Below, piece by piece: positions 36,859-45,788 of a stretch of 64,000 nt of DNA. This stretch comes from Dehalococcoidia bacterium. GTDB lineage: Bacteria > Chloroflexota > Dehalococcoidia > Lucifugimonadales > UBA3495. The DNA is taken from assembly GCA_965204865.1 (NCBI GenBank), contig OZ242027.1:3011986-3075985 (forward strand). The letters are read 5' to 3'. Both the position numbers and the translations under genes were made by a program. Each line of letters opens with the position of its first letter. The stretch's first letter is position 1. The notes beneath the pieces are model-generated. The model saw nothing but the letters and a program-made list of their open reading frames with translations. It searched no databases and was not told where the DNA came from.

Positions 36859-38550
36859 CTAACCCAGCCGCAGTTCCTCCACGGCGCCGTCTACATAGAG
36901 GATTTCGATGGTTCGGGTTACGGCAGTACGGAGGTCGGCCTTTCGAGCATCGTCGAGGCCCTGCGAGAGTCGTTCGATAATTGCGGATACCGGCGTCTGC
37001 CCGTCGGCTAGTCTTGTTATGGCCGCCACCAGCGGACTGCACGGCGCACCCTCGGGTTGCGAGGGGGTGGAGAGGGTCATGCCCCAGACGAACTCCCCCT
37101 CGGCCAGCACCGGCTTGCGGGCCACCTCTGTGCTGGCGGAAAGCCGGGGAACCGACGGCAACAGCCAGTTGCGTTGCGGGTCAGCGCGAAGGGCGGTCAG
37201 CCATTGGGCTCGTCGCGCCCGCTCCGACTCCACGGCGCGGACGCTGGACGTGAACCCAGGCGGAGCTTCCCCCCGGTCCAGCACCGCCCGCTCGTAGCCG
37301 CGTGGCGGTTGGCCCGCCACGGCCTGTACGAAGCTCTGTCGCGGCGAGAACTCGCTCTGCTGGCCGTCGCGCTCGACGATACGCCTAGCCTCCCAGAAGT
37401 AGGAGTCGGAGGTGAGATTGCTGGAATAGAAGAGCCGGGCCATCTCCCGGAACTGGTTGTATTCCTTGTAGTACAGTTCCTGGTATACCTCTCCCGACTG
37501 GTCGCGGAGTTGTTCGTCGCCGCCCTCTGCTGTCTTTAGCGTGGTGGTGGCATAGGCGGCGGCCATCACGCCGGACATCAGCGCAAGGTGGACACCCGAC
37601 GAAAAGAGGGGGTCAACGAAGCAGGCAGAGTCGCCGGTCATCACGAACCCCGGGCCGGTGGTGCGCTCCGACGAATACGACCAGTCGCGGACCACGTTGG
37701 GCCCGACGGCCCATCGCGCATCGCGAAGGTTGGACTTGGTGTGCACGGTCTGAGATAGCTGGTCAAGCAGGAACTGCCGCGCTCCCATTCGCTGGATCCC
37801 CTCCTGGCCTGTCCGGTTGTCCACCACCGCGCCGACGCTGCTCCAGCCGGTTTCGCCAGCTTTGACCGGCGCTGTGCTGCCCAAGGGGATGGTCCAGAAC
37901 CAGCCGTGCTCGTAGGCTTCGATGAAGATGTTGTTCTCGTCGGGGGAGGGCAGCGTCTCCGCGCCCTCGAAATAGGCGTAGACAGCGAGGTTCTGGAAGA
38001 AAGAGTCCCAGCGGCGCAATGCGGTCTGTTGGGCCAGTAGCGCGGCCTGGCCGGTGGCGTCCACCACGAAGCGGGCTGGCAGTTCGCACTGGCCGTCGGT
38101 ATCGGAGACGTAGCGGACGGCGGCTCCGGCGTCCGGCGATGTCCGGGCCACGTTTGAGACGCGGCAGCCCTCCCGCACGTCTACGCCGTAGGCGCGGGCG
38201 TTGTTCAGCAGGATGTGGTCGAAGGTGGGACGCCAGACCTGGTAGGCGTGGGGGTACTGGAGGCTGGTCTCACGGAAGCGCCAGCTCCACGGGTCGGGGT
38301 CGCGGCCCCAGACCATGGTCGCGCCGTACTTGGGCAGGAATCCGGCCGCCTGGACGGCATCCATCGCGCCCAACTCCTCGAGGACGGGCATGGATGCGGG
38401 CAGCAGAGACTCACCGACATGGTCGCGGGGGAAGCGCTCGCGCTCCAGCAGCACGATGCGCCATCCTTGACGAGCCAGCATAGTGGCCGCGGCGCTGCCA
38501 GCCGGGCCGCCGCCTATGACGGCTATGTCTGCCGTGGGTTGCTGCGGCAT
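36859..38550 (-). CDS. Tryptophan-halogenase-like FAD-dependent oxidoreductase
   Basis: DIAVIGGGPAGSAAATMLARQGWRIVLLERERFPRDHVGESLLPASMPVLEELG; WFWTIPLG. Confidence 0.8.
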   Translation of the reverse strand: MPQQPTADIAVIGGGPAGSAAATMLARQGWRIVLLERERFPRDHVGESLLPASMPVLEELGAMDAVQAAGFLPKYGATMVWGRDPDPWSWRFRETSLQYPHAYQVWRPTFDHILLNNARAYGVDVREGCRVSNVARTSPDAGAAVRYVSDTDGQCELPARFVVDATGQAALLAQQTALRRWDSFFQNLAVYAYFEGAETLPSPDENNIFIEAYEHGWFWTIPLGSTAPVKAGETGWSSVGAVVDNRTGQEGIQRMGARQFLLDQLSQTVHTKSNLRDARWAVGPNVVRDWSYSSERTTGPGFVMTGDSACFVDPLFSSGVHLALMSGVMAAAYATTTLKTAEGGDEQLRDQSGEVYQELYYKEYNQFREMARLFYSSNLTSDSYFWEARRIVERDGQQSEFSPRQSFVQAVAGQPPRGYERAVLDRGEAPPGFTSSVRAVESERARRAQWLTALRADPQRNWLLPSVPRLSASTEVARKPVLAEGEFVWGMTLSTPSQPEGAPCSPLVAAITRLADGQTPVSAIIERLSQGLDDARKADLRTAVTRTIEILYVDGAVEELRLG

Positions 38551-38657
38551 TCTGGTACTCCACATAAGGAGTTGGAAGGACAGGGGCGGGTTGATGACCC
38601 GCCCCTGCTTCGTTGGCAATGGCGACACGTTGTCGCCCGTGTCTTTGGCCCGCGCCG

Positions 38658-39956
38658 CTAGTCGGCGCTGTGGCCGCCTTCGGCGGAGGCGGTCTCCTCG
38701 GTGTAGGGCTTGCCAGTGGCGGGGTTGACCTCGAAGGAGCTGGGGAGTTCCAGTTCTTTGGCAATCTCGCGGACGGCGGGGATGACTTCCTCGCCCATCA
38801 GGCGGAGGCTGCGCATGGAGTCTTCGTGGGTCATGGCGCCGTCGCCGTCCCAGAAGAAGACGCTACCGGGGCGCAGGTACTCGAGGACGTGGCGAATCTT
38901 GGGAATGACGGTCTTGGGAGTGCCGGAGATGATGGTGTAGTCGGCTATCTGCTGCTCGTAGGGGCGGCTGAGAACCGAGGCCGCGCCGGCAGTGCTGGGG
39001 AGCAGTCCGCCCTGACGGGCGGCGGGGGCGAAGGCCTGGGTGGGCAGCACGCGGCGGCGGGAGGTCAGACCCGGCAGGTTGGCCAGGGCCGGGTTGAGGG
39101 TGCCCTCGTTGCCGGCGAGGAAGGGGTTGCTGGGGCCTTGCACGAACTTGCGGCCGGCTTCCTCAGCGAGCTCCTCTGTCTCATCGACGTGGACCTTCCA
39201 GAGGTAGCCGAGGTTCTGGGGGCCGGACTCGTAACCCAGCTCGGCGGCGTGGTCGTGGTAGAGCTGGAAGGCGGCCTTGGTAGGCTCCAGCTCGGTGGAG
39301 AGCATGATGTAGGGGATGCGCTTTTCGGCGGCCCAGCGCAGGGAGTCGCGGCTGATGACGCCGGGAAGCCAGACCTGGGGGTGGGGCTTCTGGTAGGGCC
39401 GCGCCCACGGGTTGACGTGGCGGAACTGATAGTGCTTGCCCTCCCAGCGGAAGGGGCCGGGGGTGGTCCAGGCCTTGACGATGAACTCGTGGGCTTCCTG
39501 GAAGCGCTCCCAGTTGTAGGGCGGCGGAGCGTTGTGGGCCACGCTCTCGCGCCCGGTACCGCGCACCCAGCCGGAGACCAGGCGGCCGTGGGAAATCATG
39601 TCAATCATCGAGAGCTGCTCGACCAGCCAGAGGGGGTCGTCCCAGATGGGGATGATGTTGCCCAGCAGGACAATCTTGGCGCGCTTGGTGATGCGGGCCA
39701 GGATGCTGGCCTCGACGTTCATGGCGCCGCCCATGCAGAAGGGAGTGCCGTGGTGCTCGTTGAGCATGAGGCCGTCGAAGCCCATCTCTTCGGCATACAA
39801 CTTTTCGTCGAGGTAGCGGTTGTAGAGGTGGGCGCCGAGTTGCGAGTCGTAAATCTCGTTACTGACGGTCAAGTCCATGATGGGCTTGCCAGTAGCGCCG
39901 AAGTAGCCGGAATCCGGGTCCTGGTAGGGCCGCTCGGTGAAGTATCCGATGTGCAT
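38658..39956 (-). CDS. LLM class flavin-dependent (luciferase-like) oxidoreductase
   Basis: AEEMGFDGLMLNEHHGTPFCMGGAMNVEASILARITKRAKIVLLGNIIPIWDDPLWLVEQLSMIDMISHGRLVSGWVRG. Confidence 0.88.
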   Translation of the reverse strand: MHIGYFTERPYQDPDSGYFGATGKPIMDLTVSNEIYDSQLGAHLYNRYLDEKLYAEEMGFDGLMLNEHHGTPFCMGGAMNVEASILARITKRAKIVLLGNIIPIWDDPLWLVEQLSMIDMISHGRLVSGWVRGTGRESVAHNAPPPYNWERFQEAHEFIVKAWTTPGPFRWEGKHYQFRHVNPWARPYQKPHPQVWLPGVISRDSLRWAAEKRIPYIMLSTELEPTKAAFQLYHDHAAELGYESGPQNLGYLWKVHVDETEELAEEAGRKFVQGPSNPFLAGNEGTLNPALANLPGLTSRRRVLPTQAFAPAARQGGLLPSTAGAASVLSRPYEQQIADYTIISGTPKTVIPKIRHVLEYLRPGSVFFWDGDGAMTHEDSMRSLRLMGEEVIPAVREIAKELELPSSFEVNPATGKPYTEETASAEGGHSAD

Positions 39957-40070
39957 GGTCTTCTCCCCTCAGTCGGCAATTGTCTGTCCCCTTCGCTAGC
40001 TCAGGGGGCGGTAATTGCGGGCATTATACCACTTCGGGGAGTTGGCGCAGCACGGGGGCGGCGAGTCGAT

Positions 40071-40197
40071 AGCGTTCCATGTTAGGTGGTTAATTTACAT
40101 GGATGCACAGGATGAACAGGATTTTTGGATGTAGGGGATTCCTGGATTCCGGCTTTCGCCGGAATGACGGGAACCAAGCCACCTGAATTGCGACGCT
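40071..40197. mobile_element. MITE-like element copy 1 (127 bp)
   Basis: Left end AGCGTTCCATGTTAGGTGG, right end CCACCTGAATTGCGACGCT; internal GGATTCCGGCTTTCGCCGGAATGAC palindrome. Confidence 0.65.
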
Positions 40198-40222
40198 GCC
40201 GGCGGCGTTTCGGTTGTAGTGT

Positions 40223-40585
40223 TCAGGCGGCGGCGGGGCGCTCCCAGAGGTCGGGGCGGAGGAGGGGGCCTTTCCTGGCCCAGGGGATGAGGGTGAACAC
40301 CACTTCCCGGGGTTCGGGGCCGGTCCTGTTCTGGATGCAGCCCAGGAAGTAGCGCACCAACTCTTGGCCTTTGTCCAGGCGGAAGCCGGCCTGTCCCACC
40401 CGGGGCGGGAACATCATGCAGATGCCGGTGAGGTCGCGCTGGCGGGGGTTTTCGCTGAGGACGGCGTGGTCGAACTCGTCGCAGAATTGCATGGCGAGGT
40501 TGCGGAGTTTGAGGATGGCGAGGACGGGTTTAAGGCGGCGCTGGAGGGCGTCGACCTGGCGCCGGAGGTAGCTGATGGAGTACAT
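40223..40585 (-). CDS. Conserved hypothetical protein, duplicated copy B
   Basis: Differs from 13491..13853 at about 4 of 120 residues and about 14 of 363 nt by eye. Confidence 0.7.
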   Translation of the reverse strand: MYSISYLRRQVDALQRRLKPVLAILKLRNLAMQFCDEFDHAVLSENPRQRDLTGICMMFPPRVGQAGFRLDKGQELVRYFLGCIQNRTGPEPREVVFTLIPWARKGPLLRPDLWERPAAA

Positions 40586-40732
40586 CTTTATTCCTCTTCT
40601 GTTTCGGTAGCGTTCCGGTTAAGGCGGTCCAACTGACAGGCGACGGGGGTTTGGATTCCCGCCTTCGCGGGAATGACGGGTGGGCGCGGGAATGACGGGG
40701 TGTTGGCAGTCATAATCAGTTAATCAGGAGTG

Positions 40733-41150
40733 CTAATCTTCGGGTTCGGGCTGATTTACGTATCTGCCGGACAGTACGGAGTCGAGGGAGTCGCGCATTT
40801 CGCGGATGTCGGCGTTCAGCTTCATGGACTCGTGAAGGTGGACGGCGAAGGACATGGCGTAACGGGTGGCGCGGAGGCGGAGGTTGTGGTCGGGGTCTTC
40901 CATGGCCTCGGCGAGGACGTTCATGCCGCGCAGGATGAGGCCGAGGCATTGCTGGCTGACCTGGTCGGCGTACTCCTGGCGCAGGAGGTCGAGTTCCTCG
41001 GCGAAGGCGGGGTCGCGGAGCCAGCGGCGGAGGGTGGACTCGCTGACGCGGCAGTCGCGGGCGGCCTGGGCGATGGTGGGGGCGGCGGCGATGACCGGGA
41101 GGGCACCCTGCTGTCGGGTGGTTAGGATGGAAATTTTCTTTTCCTGTCAT
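40733..41150 (-). pseudogene. Small HTH DNA-binding protein, probably frameshifted near its start
   Basis: Coding-like frame QEKKISILTTRQQGALPVIAAAPTIAQAARDCRVSESTLRRWLRDPAFAEELDLLRQEYADQVSQQCLGLILRGMNVLAEAMEDPDHN... lacks ATG/GTG; ATG at 41150 (MTGKE...) is in another frame one A away. Confidence 0.55.
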
Positions 41151-41484
41151 TTCCGCTCATTTCCTGTCGTTCAGCTTGCCGTTGGGCTTGGCTGATGGGG
41201 TTATGGCGGGGGTTGGAGTGGCTGCGATTGGAGGTTTTGCGGGGTTTTCTTCTGGGGCTTTGGGGCATTGGTCATCACTGGGCCTCAGTGGCGGGTTGGG
41301 ATTGGGCATGTCTGAACTGTGATTTATGGGATTATGGGATTTCCCTGATTTTCTGTCGGGCGGCTCGCGATTTCGACAGAGGACTTGACGGCTCATAATG
41401 ACCAGAGTCAGGGATTCCATAGGATCGCAGTTCCTAGGTTAGAGAGGTGTCACAGGGGTTGTCTAGGGGCGGGTGTCAGTGGGC

Positions 41485-41609
41485 AGCGTTCCGAATTAGG
41501 TGGCGCAATCAACAGGCGACGGGGGTTTGGATTCCCGCTTTCGCGGGAATGACGGTGGGGTGCGGGAATGACGGACCGGAAACTGCAAAACCACCTAAAT
41601 TGGAACGCT
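41485..41609. mobile_element. MITE-like element copy 2 (125 bp)
   Basis: Left end AGCGTTCCGAATTAGGTGG, right end CCACCTAAATTGGAACGCT; internal ATTCCCGCTTTCGCGGGAAT palindrome. Confidence 0.75.
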
Positions 41610-41723
41610 ATCGTGCCAGGGAATGGGCGTCCGCCATGATTTCGCGGGAATGGAGGGTCAGTGTGGGAGTGTCGGCGGCAGACCGTTGTATAATCTAGCT
41701 AGTCGGTCTAGCTGGATGATGAA

Positions 41724-41978
41724 ATGGTGGAGTGGTCCTTACAGGAAGCCAAGAACAAGTTCAGTGCGCTGGTCAATGCAGCGCTGACGGGGGAACCGCA
41801 GAGGGTGACCCGGCGGGGACAGCCTGCGGTGGTGGTGCTGTCGGAGGATGAATATGAACGGCTCTGCCGAGTAGAGAAGGGAGCGGCTCCCAGTCTGGGC
41901 GAACTGCTTGCGCAGATTCCACAGGATGACCGGGAATTTGAGCGGCTATCCGTACCGGCCCGGCCACTGGATTTGTGA
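41724..41978 (+). CDS. Phd/YefM-family antitoxin
   Basis: WSLQEAKNKFSALVNAALTGEPQRVTRRGQPAVVVLSEDEYERL. Confidence 0.85.
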   Translation: MVEWSLQEAKNKFSALVNAALTGEPQRVTRRGQPAVVVLSEDEYERLCRVEKGAAPSLGELLAQIPQDDREFERLSVPARPLDL

Positions 41979-42382
41979 TGTTTCTGCTTGATACGGATGT
42001 GTTGTCCGCGCTGCCCAGGCGAGAACGGAATCCGGAGGCCGTGAGCTGGGTGGAGCAACAGCGGACGGCGGACCTGTACATAAGCGTTGTAACGGTGGGC
42101 GAGGTCGAGCGGGGCATCACGCAGCAACAGCGAGATAACCTGTCTTTCGCCCGTGACCTGGCTCAATGGCTGGACCGGATACTGTCATCATACGGCGACC
42201 GGATTCTACCGGTGGACACGGCAACGGCGCGACTCTGGGGACGGTTGTCGGCGACGCTTGGGCACGACGGCGCGGACTTGCTCGTTGCCGCCACCGCGAT
42301 AGAGCACGGGCTCACGGTGGTTACCAGGAATGTGAGACACTTTGAGCCGACGGGTGTTCCTGTATTGAATCCGGCCGGTTGA
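41975..42382 (+). CDS. vapC: VapC-like PIN-domain toxin
   Basis: FLLDTDVLSALPR...VTVGEVERGI...DLLVAATAIEHGLTVVTRNVRHF; 4-nt overlap with antitoxin. Confidence 0.88.
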   Translation: MMFLLDTDVLSALPRRERNPEAVSWVEQQRTADLYISVVTVGEVERGITQQQRDNLSFARDLAQWLDRILSSYGDRILPVDTATARLWGRLSATLGHDGADLLVAATAIEHGLTVVTRNVRHFEPTGVPVLNPAG

Positions 42383-42896
42383 CGAGATTGTGAGGATTAA
42401 GGCGAGAGGACACCGCATTTATGGCGGTGTCTTCTTCGCTACGGATGATTCGGCCGCAGGCGGGCTGGGCATCGTCTGGCCTCCCGTTCGTCCTTCGACA
42501 GGCTCAGGATGAACGGGGTGGGGTTTGTAGGGTCGCGAAGGTAGACGGGGGTCTGGATTCCCGCCTTCGCGGGAATGACGGTTGGGGGATGCCAGGATGT
42601 TGGGGGTTCCTGATCGGTGTTGGCTGGGAGGCCGACGGGGGTTTGGATTCCTGCTTTCGCGGGAATGACGGTTGGGGATGGGAACGACGGTGATGTTCTC
42701 TTCATTGTTGCTGGGGTTTCACCCTCATTGCGTACTTCCCTTAACAGGGTAGGGAGCTAGTGTCCGAAAGGGGAGAGAGGCGGTTGGGAGGGTCGGGGGC
42801 GACGAAATTCGGATTGACGCTTCATCCCCGATTGTGATAGATTTCGGGGGCTGAAATTATCCTCTTTTCCCCTATTCTCACCCTCCGAGAGACTGC

Positions 42897-44990
42897 ATGG
42901 AATCAATTATTGTTGCACTGGCCGCAGGTGTTGTCGCCCTTGTTTTTGCCGGAATTACCGCCATGCGGGTGCTTAGCGCCGAGCCCGGGAACGCGCTGAT
43001 GCAGAGCATCGGCGACGCCATCCGCACCGGGGCGGGGGCGTTTTTGCGCCGCGAGTATATGTCGCTGCTGCCGTTTGTCGTGGTCGTTACCGTGGTGCTG
43101 GGCGTGCTGGACTACACCATTTTCAAGCATGAGATGGCGGTGCCGGCTACGGCCATTTCGTACCTGGTGGGGACCATCTGCTCCGGCACCGCCGGGTTCA
43201 TCGGGATGAACGTGGCGGTTAGGGCCAATGTGCGGACGGCCGCCGCCGGAATGCGGGGGCTGAACCCGGCACTGCGGGTGGCCTTCTCCAGCGGCACGGT
43301 TATGGGCATTTCGGTGGTGGGCATCGGACTGCTGGGCGTCACCATCCTGTACCTGATATTCCAGAACATCAGCGTGGTGGCCGGGTTTGGGTTCGGGGCC
43401 AGCTCCATCGCGCTGTTCGCCCGCGTGGGCGGGGGCATCTTCACCAAGGCCGCCGATGTCGGTTCGGACCTGGTGGGCAAGGTGGAGGCGGGCATACCGG
43501 AGGACGACCCGCGAAACCCCGGCGTCATCGCCGACAACGTGGGCGACAACGTGGGCGACGTGGCGGGGATGGGCGCGGACCTGTTCGAGTCATACGTCAG
43601 TTCCATCATCTCGACGGTGGCGCTGTCGGCTGCGGCGGTGGTGTTCGCCACCGGCGCTGCCAACGAGTTCGACTATACCAGTTCGCAGGCGGTGTTCCCG
43701 ATGCTGCTGGCGGGTTCGGGCATCGTGGCCGCCATCCTCGGCACCTTCCTGGTGCGAAGCGGCGAGCAGGCCGACTTCGACAAGCTGCTGTGGTCACTGC
43801 GGTACGGCATCTTTGCGGCGGGCGGGCTGCTGATTATCTTCGCGGCGATACTGACAATTACGCTGACTAGCAACTGGTGGTGGTTCGGCTGCGTGGTGGC
43901 CGGGCTGGTGGCTGGCACGATTATCGGCTTGGCTACCGAGTATTTCACTTCATACAGCTACAAACCCACCCAAAGGGTTTCGGCCGCATCTGAAACCGGC
44001 GCGGCAACGGTAATCATCCAGGGCATTGCCAGCGGAATGTTGAGCACGCTGATTCCCGTAATCTGCGTGTCCATCGCCATCCTGCTGGCGTACTGGTTCG
44101 CCGGGTTCTACGGGGTGGCGCTGGCGGGCGTGGGGCTGCTTTCGACGCTGGGCATCACGCTGGCTACCGACGCCTACGGGCCAGTGGCGGACAACGCCGG
44201 CGGCATCGCCGAGCAGGCGAACCTGGACCCGGAGGTGCGGGAGCGCACCGACGCGCTGGACGCGCTGGGGAACACCACCGCCGCTACGGGCAAGGGCTTC
44301 GCCATCGGGTCGGCGGCGCTTACGGCTCTCGCGCTACTGGCGGCGTACTCGGTAAGCGCGGGGCTGATAACCATCGGGGAGGACGGCAAGCTGGTGTCGG
44401 GCAGCCTGGGCATCAACCTGTTGCAGCCGGAGATACTGGTAGGGCTGGTCATCGGGGCGATGCTGCCCTTCATCTTCTCGGCGCTGACGATGCAGGCCGT
44501 GGGCCGGGCGGCCCAGGGCATCGTGGACGAAGTGCGGCGGCAGTTCCGGGAGATTCCAGGGTTGATGGAAGGCACGGGTACGCCGGACTCGGCGCGGTGC
44601 GTGGACATCAGCACGCGCGGGGCGCTGCGGGAGATGATCGTGCCCGGCTTGATGGCAGTGATTGCGCCCATTGCTACGGGGTTCATCCTGGGCGAGGCGG
44701 CGCTGGGCGGGCTGCTCATCGGCTCGGTGGCGTCGGGGTTCATGCTGGCCATCATGATGGCCTCGGCGGGCGGCACCTGGGACAATGCCAAGAAGTACGT
44801 GGAGCTGGGGAATTACGGCGGCAAGGGTTCGGAGGCGCACAAGGCGGCAGTCGAGGGCGACGTGGTGGGCGACCCGTTCAAGGATACGTCGGGGCCGTCG
44901 CTGAACATCCTGCTGAAGCTGATGGCCGTGGTGTCGCTGGTGTTCGCGCCGGTGTTCCTGGAAGTTTCGCCGCTGATTAACCTGGCGTAG
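42897..44990 (+). CDS. hppA: Membrane-bound ion-translocating pyrophosphatase
   Basis: GGGIFTKAADVGSDLVGKVEAGIPEDDPRNPGVIADNVGDNVGDVAGMGADLFESY; TDAYGPVADNAGGIAE; GNTTAATGKGFAIGSAALTALAL. Confidence 0.95.
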   Translation: MESIIVALAAGVVALVFAGITAMRVLSAEPGNALMQSIGDAIRTGAGAFLRREYMSLLPFVVVVTVVLGVLDYTIFKHEMAVPATAISYLVGTICSGTAGFIGMNVAVRANVRTAAAGMRGLNPALRVAFSSGTVMGISVVGIGLLGVTILYLIFQNISVVAGFGFGASSIALFARVGGGIFTKAADVGSDLVGKVEAGIPEDDPRNPGVIADNVGDNVGDVAGMGADLFESYVSSIISTVALSAAAVVFATGAANEFDYTSSQAVFPMLLAGSGIVAAILGTFLVRSGEQADFDKLLWSLRYGIFAAGGLLIIFAAILTITLTSNWWWFGCVVAGLVAGTIIGLATEYFTSYSYKPTQRVSAASETGAATVIIQGIASGMLSTLIPVICVSIAILLAYWFAGFYGVALAGVGLLSTLGITLATDAYGPVADNAGGIAEQANLDPEVRERTDALDALGNTTAATGKGFAIGSAALTALALLAAYSVSAGLITIGEDGKLVSGSLGINLLQPEILVGLVIGAMLPFIFSALTMQAVGRAAQGIVDEVRRQFREIPGLMEGTGTPDSARCVDISTRGALREMIVPGLMAVIAPIATGFILGEAALGGLLIGSVASGFMLAIMMASAGGTWDNAKKYVELGNYGGKGSEAHKAAVEGDVVGDPFKDTSGPSLNILLKLMAVVSLVFAPVFLEVSPLINLA

Positions 44991-45207
44991 GGAGACGAGT
45001 TCAACGCCGAGGGCGCAGAGGGAGATGGGGGTTTGGATTCCCGCCTTCGCGGGAATGACGGGGGCAGCGGGAATGACGGGAGGCAGCGGGAATGACGGCT
45101 GTGAATTAGACGCCTAGAACGACAGGGGTGTTCGGTAGAGTTGATTCTTCAGCGATGGTCTTCCAACCAGGGGCCGTCGCTGAATGATTTTTCTGGAGGG
45201 AGCCGGG

Positions 45208-45654
45208 ATGGCTGCTGAGGGCGTTACTCTGAGGGGGATACTGGAGGAGTGCCGGGACGGCCGGGATGGCGGCGCCTTCAATGAGGTGGTGGTGATGCTG
45301 GAAAGCACCGCCGCCTCTGCGGAAGTGTGGATGGACTTCGACGATTTGCGGTTCACGCCGGACGGTCGGGTGGTTACGCTGATGATGCCGGACGGGACGC
45401 ATATGCACCTGGACATGTCGAAAATCCGGGAGGCGGAGTTCATCCACACGACCAACGACCGGGGGCTGCCTTCGTACCAGCTCTGGATGCGGGACGGCGA
45501 GGGGAATCCGGCAATGCGGATTTACCTGCGGAAGTCGGAGGACGACGCTACTAACCCGCCGCGGCATGAGTTCTTTATGGCCCTGCTGGAGAAGTACCCC
45601 GGGCCGATTGCGCTGCCGGAGGAGGGGTTCGGGCAGGCGGAGGGGCACCCCTAG
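45208..45654 (+). CDS. Hypothetical protein
   Basis: MAAEGVTLRGILEECRDGRDGGAFNEVVVMLESTAASAEVW...; start ambiguous (45184 or 45208). Confidence 0.5.
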   Translation: MAAEGVTLRGILEECRDGRDGGAFNEVVVMLESTAASAEVWMDFDDLRFTPDGRVVTLMMPDGTHMHLDMSKIREAEFIHTTNDRGLPSYQLWMRDGEGNPAMRIYLRKSEDDATNPPRHEFFMALLEKYPGPIALPEEGFGQAEGHP

Positions 45655-45788
45655 CGGGCTGAGGGAGTCCTCGGGGGCCGGGCAACAGCACGCCATTCAC
45701 CTTGCTGTGCGCCGTATTCCGCAGGCGAAGCCTTCCGGCCTGCCGGAGGCCCGCGAAGACTATCCTTACAAAGCCGGTTATAACGAGA

